NCBI GenBank assembly: GCA_031263985.1
Contig: JAISER010000013.1
Location: 1 to 57,768 of the forward strand
Direction of reading: 5' to 3'
DNA: 57,768 nt
Origin: Clostridiales bacterium
GTDB taxonomy: Bacteria; Bacillota; Clostridia; Lachnospirales; JAISER01
The stretch's first letter is position 1. Every line of letters starts with the position of its first letter. The notes beneath the pieces were generated by a model that was not told the DNA's origin, searched no databases, and saw only the letters and a program-made list of their open reading frames with translations. The translations under genes were made by a program, and so were the position numbers. Shown here piece after piece: positions 52,261 to 57,768 of this stretch.

Positions 52261-54639
52261 ATGGATGATAAAACCTTAAAGACTTTGGAGTTTGATAAAA
52301 TAGCGTCTATGCTGTCGGCTAAAGCCGTTTCAGCGATGGCGAAAGAAATGGCTTCGGGCATGCGCCCTATGACTAATTTGCGGGATATAACCGAAGCGCA
52401 GAACGAGACCAGCGAGGCCGCGGCGATGATTTTAAAAAAAGACGCGCCGCCGCTCGGTGGGTTGAAAAATATCGCCCCATCATTGCGGCGCGCGTCAGCG
52501 GGCGGCGCGCTGTCCATCGAGGAGGCGCTTTATATCGGCGATTTTTCTCGCGTATGCCGCAAAGTTAAACAATACGCGAAAGAAGTTATAGGCGACACCG
52601 ACGGCTACGAAACTCTCTCGCCGCTTTTCTTCGCTGTTTCGCCAACGACGGCGCTTGAAAAGGAAATCGACCGTTGCATAGTGAGCGACTCGGAGATAGC
52701 CGACGACGCGAGCGCCGCTCTGCGCGACGTGAGAAGAGCCATACGAGCGGCTAACGATAAGATAAAAGAACAGCTTAACGTGATCATTCGTTCGCAAGCG
52801 TACAAAAATATGATACAGGACAACGTTATAACTATAAGAAACGGACGATACTGCATCCCTGTAAAAAGTGAGCGGCGCGATTCATTTCCAGGGCTAACGC
52901 ACGATCAGTCCGCCACGGGAGCCACGGTCTTCATCGAGCCTATGAGCGTCGTAAAGCTTAACAACGAACTGAAAGAGCTCGCCGCGCGCGAATCCGCCGA
53001 AATAACGAAGGTTTTGCGAAAGATTTCAGAGGAAGTGGCTCTAAACTTCGATGTTCTCAGTTCCAACCTTGAGCTTTTAACGGCGCTTGATTTTTCGTTC
53101 GCCAAAGGGGCCTTGTCCGTCGATATGCGCGCCTCCAGGCCGCGTTTTAATGAAAATGGCTTTATAAACATAAAAAAGGGACGGCATCCGCTGCTTGACG
53201 GCGACTCCGTCGTGCCTACCGACATCTATGTAGGCGGCGGTTTCACGACTCTTCTGATAACAGGCCCGAATACCGGCGGAAAGACCGTTTCGCTTAAAAC
53301 GCTTGGGCTGTTTTCGATTATGGGACAGGCGGGGCTTCATATTCCGGCGTTCGACGATTCCGAGCTTTCTGTTTTTGACCGGATTTTCGCCGATATAGGC
53401 GATGAACAAAGCATAGAACAAAATTTGAGCACGTTTTCCTCACATATATCCAATATCGTAAATATACTGCAATGTTTGACGCCTAATTCGCTCGCGCTGC
53501 TTGACGAACTCGGCGCCGGGACAGACCCGACGGAAGGGGCCGCCATCGCCGTCGCGATATTGCGCTATTTGCGCGAACGCAAGGTGATAGCCGCCGTTAC
53601 CACTCATTACAGCGAGCTTAAGCTTTACGCCCTGTCAGCCGACGGCGTTGAAAACGCCGCGTGCGAGTTTGATGTGGCCACGCTTCGCCCGACTTATAAA
53701 CTGCTTATAGGCGTTCCCGGCAAGTCGAACGCTTTCGCGATAGCGCGGAGGCTTGGGCTTCCCGAAAGTATAATAGACATGGCGAAAGAGACGCTTAGCC
53801 GTGAAGACGCCAAATTTGAAGACATATTGGCTGATATGGAGATAGACCGCAAGGCGCTGGAAACGGAGCGCGAAAAAGCCGAAAGCTACCGTTTGGAGAC
53901 CGAAAGGATAAAGGCTGAGCTTGATCGGCGCGAAAGCGCTTTGGCTGCGCGCCGCGATAAAATTTTGCTCGAAGCTAAAGAAGAGGCGGAGCGTATAACG
54001 CGGATCGCGGCGCAAGAGGCGGACGCGCTGATGAAACAATATCAAAAGGCTATGCGCGAAGATGAGCTTAAGCTAATGGAACTGGCGCGCGGCGCGTTGC
54101 GCGAAAAATCCGCTTTGATGAGCGAGGACCTCGGAAAGGCGCGAACGCCGTGTCGCGCTGTGATAAATCCGCCTAAGAGCTTAAAAAAAGGCGACCGCGT
54201 ATTTATTCATTCCCTGGCGCGCGGCGGAATAGTCGTTAGTCCGCCGGATGAAGGCGGAGAAGCGTTAATTACCGTGGGCATAATGAAAATGAAGGCCAAA
54301 TTAAGCGATATGTCGCTCGACGACAGCGAAGAGAACGTCAGCGTAAACGCCGCCAGCTTGTCGCGCGGCCTTAAAGCCGTCAAAAGCTCTAATATCTCGC
54401 CCGAAACGGATTTGCGCGGTCTGACTGTTTCCGAGGCGCTTGAAAAGGCGGGAAAATATATCGACGACGCGTGGATGTCGAGTCTTTCGCGCGTTACGAT
54501 AATACACGGCAAAGGAACCGGCGCGCTTAGAAAGGCCATATCCTCTATGTTAAAGGGACATTCGCAAGTAAAGAGCTTTCGGCCCGGAGAGTACGGCGAA
54601 GGGGAGTCCGGCGTAACGGTCGTGGAGCTTGAGAAGTAA
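52261..54639 (+). CDS. mutS2: Endonuclease MutS2 (MutS domain + C-terminal Smr)
   Basis: 792 aa. Walker A ITGPNTGGKTV, long coiled-coil region, and a C-terminal Smr domain (IIHGKGTGALR). Confidence 0.95.
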   Translation: MDDKTLKTLEFDKIASMLSAKAVSAMAKEMASGMRPMTNLRDITEAQNETSEAAAMILKKDAPPLGGLKNIAPSLRRASAGGALSIEEALYIGDFSRVCRKVKQYAKEVIGDTDGYETLSPLFFAVSPTTALEKEIDRCIVSDSEIADDASAALRDVRRAIRAANDKIKEQLNVIIRSQAYKNMIQDNVITIRNGRYCIPVKSERRDSFPGLTHDQSATGATVFIEPMSVVKLNNELKELAARESAEITKVLRKISEEVALNFDVLSSNLELLTALDFSFAKGALSVDMRASRPRFNENGFINIKKGRHPLLDGDSVVPTDIYVGGGFTTLLITGPNTGGKTVSLKTLGLFSIMGQAGLHIPAFDDSELSVFDRIFADIGDEQSIEQNLSTFSSHISNIVNILQCLTPNSLALLDELGAGTDPTEGAAIAVAILRYLRERKVIAAVTTHYSELKLYALSADGVENAACEFDVATLRPTYKLLIGVPGKSNAFAIARRLGLPESIIDMAKETLSREDAKFEDILADMEIDRKALETEREKAESYRLETERIKAELDRRESALAARRDKILLEAKEEAERITRIAAQEADALMKQYQKAMREDELKLMELARGALREKSALMSEDLGKARTPCRAVINPPKSLKKGDRVFIHSLARGGIVVSPPDEGGEALITVGIMKMKAKLSDMSLDDSEENVSVNAASLSRGLKAVKSSNISPETDLRGLTVSEALEKAGKYIDDAWMSSLSRVTIIHGKGTGALRKAISSMLKGHSQVKSFRPGEYGEGESGVTVVELEK

Positions 54640-54640
54640 T

Positions 54641-54704
54641 GCTGAACTCAGTCTAAACGCGAAAAATCATCGCCCGGTTTGGTTATGTTTCAAACTGAGT
54701 TCAG
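54641..54704. repeat. Long hairpin repeat, second copy (inner part inverted relative to 14215..14265)
   Basis: gctgaactcagtctaaac...gtttcaaactgagttcag. The arms match the reverse complement of the 14215 copy, and the loop differs. Confidence 0.8.
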
Positions 54705-54727
54705 TATGAAAAATTTAAAGGCGGATA

Positions 54728-54889
54728 AGGACTCGTCAAACAATATCTTGATGTTTTCACTTGCCCTTTCGCCGTCAGGCAGCGTTGTCGTCGGTCGCTA
54801 TACCGCCCCGGGTATGTCTCCTTCCTCCGCTTTGCCTGACGACGAAATCGCGGCGTGAAATTCCATCAATTTATTGTTTGACGAATCCT
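54728..54889 (+). repeat. Copy B of the ~160-nt long-hairpin element (structured RNA or MITE-like)
   Basis: AGGACTCGTCAAACAATA...TATTGTTTGACGAATCCT 18-nt terminal inverted repeat. About 90% identical to copy A by eye. Lies between mutS2 and comEA. Confidence 0.8.
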
Positions 54890-54923
54890 AAGCCTTTAAC
54901 GCGTCATTGAAGGGGGATAATTT

Positions 54924-55505
54924 ATGGAGAAGAGAAATATATTGTTTGGCGCGGCGTTTTGCGCCGTTGTAATAGCGGCGGGTTTAGCGTACTATTTAAT
55001 GCGCGGCGGAACGAACGCTGAAAAGGATGTATTTTATGAAACCGGCGGAATCGACGAAATATCCGACGAATTTGATGAGACCGCCGTTGGGTCTCCTCCG
55101 TTAATTAAAGTACATATTATAGGGGAAGCGGCCGAACCCGGCATTTACGAGCTGCCGGAGGGTTCCAGGGTTTCGGATGTTTTAGAGATGGCCGGGGGCG
55201 CGCTCGAAGACGCGGATTTGTCCATAAATTTAGCGCGGCCGTTGAGAGACGGGGAACAAGTCGTCATACCCAAACAAGGCGAAGCTGTCGCCCAAGATAC
55301 TGAGAACGCCTCTATAAATATAAATACGGCGTCTAGGCGGGAGCTTACCGCGCTTCCGGGCATAGGCGACGTGATAGCGGGCAATATAGTTGATTATAGG
55401 GAAAAAAACGGCGATTTTCTGAGAAAAGATGACGTAATGAACGTAGACCGCGTGAGCGAAAAGCTTTACGCTGACATAGAAAATAAAATAAATATCGGCG
55501 AATAG
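54924..55505 (+). CDS. comEA: ComEA-family DNA-binding competence protein (SLBB + helix-hairpin-helix)
   Basis: N-terminal TM, SLBB-like PGIYELPEGSRVSDVLEMAGG, and C-terminal HhH INTASRRELTALPGIGDVIAGNIVDYR. Confidence 0.88.
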   Translation: MEKRNILFGAAFCAVVIAAGLAYYLMRGGTNAEKDVFYETGGIDEISDEFDETAVGSPPLIKVHIIGEAAEPGIYELPEGSRVSDVLEMAGGALEDADLSINLARPLRDGEQVVIPKQGEAVAQDTENASININTASRRELTALPGIGDVIAGNIVDYREKNGDFLRKDDVMNVDRVSEKLYADIENKINIGE

Positions 55506-55541
55506 AAGACCGTTTCACGGTCGCCGGGCTGGAGCGTTGCG

Positions 55542-56234
55542 ATGGCATATTACGTTTTGATTGTAGACGATGAAAAATTAATCGTAAAAGGCATCAAGTT
55601 CAGTCTTGAACAAGATGGAATGAAAATAGACTCCGCGTTTGACGGAGAGGAAGCTTTACGGTTGGCTAAGGAAAATGACTATGATCTAATCGTGCTTGAC
55701 GTTATGCTTCCGAAAATAGACGGCTTGCAGGTTTGTCAGCAAATTCGCGAGTTTAGCTCCGTGCCTGTGATAATGGTGACGGCGAAGGGCGAAGACATGG
55801 ACAAAATCATGGGGCTTGAATATGGAGCGGACGACTATATAACGAAGCCGTTTAATATCTTGGAGCTTAAGGCTCGTATAAAGGCCATACTGCGGCGCAG
55901 CGTGCGAAAAATCGATATAACGAAGGAAAGCGATAAAAACGCGTTTAAACTGCGCGATATGAAAATCGACTATGAGTCGCGCCGCGTGTTTATGTCGGAC
56001 GAGGAAGCGTTTTTAACAGGCAAGGAATTTGACATGCTGGAGCTTTTTTCTAAAAATCCGGGCAAAGTATATGACCGCGAGGCGCTTTTGCGCGTAATAT
56101 GGGGTGAAGGCTATCCCGGCGATGTACGTACGGTGGACGTACACGTAAGAAGGCTCCGTGAAAAAATAGAGCAAAACCCAAGCGATCCCAGGTATATACA
56201 CACAAAGTGGGGTGTGGGCTATTATTTTCAATAA
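55542..56234 (+). CDS. OmpR/PhoB-family response regulator
   Basis: Receiver domain (DD..., D at LIVLDVMLP, K at ITKPF) plus a winged-helix C-terminus (TVDVHVRRLREKIE). Confidence 0.92.
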   Translation: MAYYVLIVDDEKLIVKGIKFSLEQDGMKIDSAFDGEEALRLAKENDYDLIVLDVMLPKIDGLQVCQQIREFSSVPVIMVTAKGEDMDKIMGLEYGADDYITKPFNILELKARIKAILRRSVRKIDITKESDKNAFKLRDMKIDYESRRVFMSDEEAFLTGKEFDMLELFSKNPGKVYDREALLRVIWGEGYPGDVRTVDVHVRRLREKIEQNPSDPRYIHTKWGVGYYFQ

Positions 56235-57651
56235 AGAAAGGCGCATCCCTTACTTAAGCTGGCGCTGGAAGCTTTTTTGCGTGTTCATTTTAATAAGTCT
56301 TACCCCGCTTCTGCTGCTTTTCTGGACTATGGACGCCTCTATGCGGCGTTATTACTATAGAGACAGGGAGATAAAGCTTGTTACCGCCGCGAACGTAATC
56401 GCCGGAAGCATTTCACCGCATGAGAACCTGTACGACGCCATAAGTTCCGAAGGCTTTGATAAAGCGATAGATGAGAAAAGCAAGGAAGGTTCCTTTCGCG
56501 TTTTAATATTTGATACGCGCGGCGTTGTGGTTAAAGATTCCAACATGTCCGAAATAGGCAAGACTCTGATCGTGCCCGAAGTTATAACAGCCATGCGGAA
56601 GAGCCGCGGTTTTTCGACTCGTAATGAAGAGCGCGCCGTTTACGCCGCGGCATCCATATTAAACGAAAGTTCGCAAAAGCTTGGCGCCGTGCTTTTGATA
56701 TCTTCCGTACAGGACATATACGACGCCATATCCGAAATTCAAAGGACTCTTCTGCTGTTAATTATAGTCACCGTTATAGCGCTTATAGCGCTGGCGTTCG
56801 GAATATCAAGGCTGTTGCTTGAGCCGATTCGCGCTTTCCTGAACGTCGTCCAAAAAATATCCGAAGGCAGGCTCAATGAACGCTTTAATGTAAAAGGACG
56901 TGACGAGTTCGCGGAGATAGCTTCGGCCTTTAACGACATGGCTACTAAATTGGAACATTCGGAAAACACTCGTGAGGAATTCGTATCGAACGTTTCGCAC
57001 GAGCTTAAAACGCCGCTAAGCTCTATTAAAGTGCTTACTGAATCCATATTGCTTGAACAAGACGTGCCGGCGGAGATGTACACTGAATTTTTACGCGACA
57101 TTAATTCCGAAATTGACCGTATGAATAACATCGTGAACGATTTGCTTCAGCTTGTGAAGCTTGATCAGCGTGAAATACCTCTGGACATGCGCGCGGTGGA
57201 CTTAAACAAACTCGCGGAGGACGTTCTTAAGCGCCTTTATCCTTTGGCGGAGCAAAAAAATATCGAACTGATTTTTGAAGCCGCTCGTGACGTTACGGTC
57301 CTAGCGGACGAAATGAAGCTTAACTTGGCGCTGTCTAATATTATTGAAAATGGTATAAAGTATACGCAGGAAGACGGCTCCGTAAAGGTTATCGTTGACG
57401 CCGACCATATGAACGCGTTCGTTACAGTGCGGGATACCGGCATAGGCATAGAGGAAGACGAACAGGAAAAGATATTCAACCGCTTTTATCGCGTCGATAA
57501 AACGCGCGACCGAGAAACGGGCGGAACAGGGCTTGGGCTTGCCATAACCCGCTCTACGATACTGTTGCATAACGGCAGTATACGCGTTACAAGCAAGCCG
57601 AACGAGGGGTCGGTATTCGTCGTGCGGCTGCCGTTGTACAGACCGATGTAG
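56212..57651 (+). CDS. Sensor histidine kinase (TM-extracytoplasmic-TM-HAMP-HisKA-HATPase)
   Basis: H-box FVSNVSHELKTPL, N/G boxes (NGIKYT, DTGIGI, GGTGLGLAI). Start uncertain: GTG 56212 overlaps the regulator gene, and there is no ATG before the first TM. Confidence 0.88.
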   Translation: MWAIIFNKERRIPYLSWRWKLFCVFILISLTPLLLLFWTMDASMRRYYYRDREIKLVTAANVIAGSISPHENLYDAISSEGFDKAIDEKSKEGSFRVLIFDTRGVVVKDSNMSEIGKTLIVPEVITAMRKSRGFSTRNEERAVYAAASILNESSQKLGAVLLISSVQDIYDAISEIQRTLLLLIIVTVIALIALAFGISRLLLEPIRAFLNVVQKISEGRLNERFNVKGRDEFAEIASAFNDMATKLEHSENTREEFVSNVSHELKTPLSSIKVLTESILLEQDVPAEMYTEFLRDINSEIDRMNNIVNDLLQLVKLDQREIPLDMRAVDLNKLAEDVLKRLYPLAEQKNIELIFEAARDVTVLADEMKLNLALSNIIENGIKYTQEDGSVKVIVDADHMNAFVTVRDTGIGIEEDEQEKIFNRFYRVDKTRDRETGGTGLGLAITRSTILLHNGSIRVTSKPNEGSVFVVRLPLYRPM

Positions 57652-57743
57652 AAGCGGCGCGCTGAGTGAGAAGCTTCTTCGCGCAGTTTTCGAAGACCGC
57701 CGCGTTTAACATGAACGCTTTCCACATAATTTCCGAAAGATGG

Positions 57744-57768
57744 CTATCCAAACAAGTCATAAAGACCT
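57744..57768. repeat. Edge of another copy of the 13190/29980 repeat family (reverse orientation)
   Basis: ctatccaaacaagtcataaagacct is the reverse complement of aggtctttatgacttgtttggatag. Truncated by the window end. Confidence 0.75.

Overview
Chromosomal window from a monoderm, Firmicutes/Clostridia-like genome. This taxonomic guess rests on GGAGG-type RBSs, many TTG/GTG starts, ATGA-coupled operons and gene content, not on a search. Most of the window is housekeeping: argG-argH-argC (minus strand), proB-proA, a CNNM/CorC transporter, aroB-lspA-rluD, a leader-regulated aroF-pheA pair, bioY, an Fe-alcohol dehydrogenase, an RND pump (adaptor plus permease), a udk-like kinase, Nif3, polA-coaE-SLT, an orphan family-5 SBP, pfkA, and secA-prfB with the classic +1 frameshift. 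It also holds an EPS/capsule locus (Wzz / BY-kinase / PHP-phosphatase, sortase plus substrate, priming sugar transferase, nucleotidyltransferase), a Gly-Thr-Thr collagen-like/LysM-like protein, mutS2, comEA and an OmpR/HK pair. No rRNA, tRNA, CRISPR array, transposase or integrase was recognised. The stand-out is an ~8.6-kb, visibly AT-richer accessory island (about 21.4-30.1 kb, all on the minus strand). It encodes a VgrG-like spike (gpD + gp5 OB-fold + beta-helix), a pentapeptide-repeat protein and two unknown accessory proteins. These are followed by an array of three PAAR-like (DUF4280-type) N-terminal domains fused to different peptidoglycan hydrolases: GH19-like, a decayed CHAP, and M15-like. 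One RsiV/DUF3298-like lipoprotein is a candidate immunity gene, and a phage-type holin lies next door. No sheath, tube, baseplate, capsid or terminase is present in the window. Each effector is preceded by an intact or decayed copy of the same upstream gene end, so it looks like a cassette-swapping array. Intergenic DNA is also rich in undescribed-looking repeats. These include a mosaic family of hairpin modules (REP/BIME-like, 6 or more loci), a 132-bp tandem repeat, a two-copy ~160-nt long-hairpin element with a compensatory-compatible substitution, and an orientation-flipping hairpin pair.
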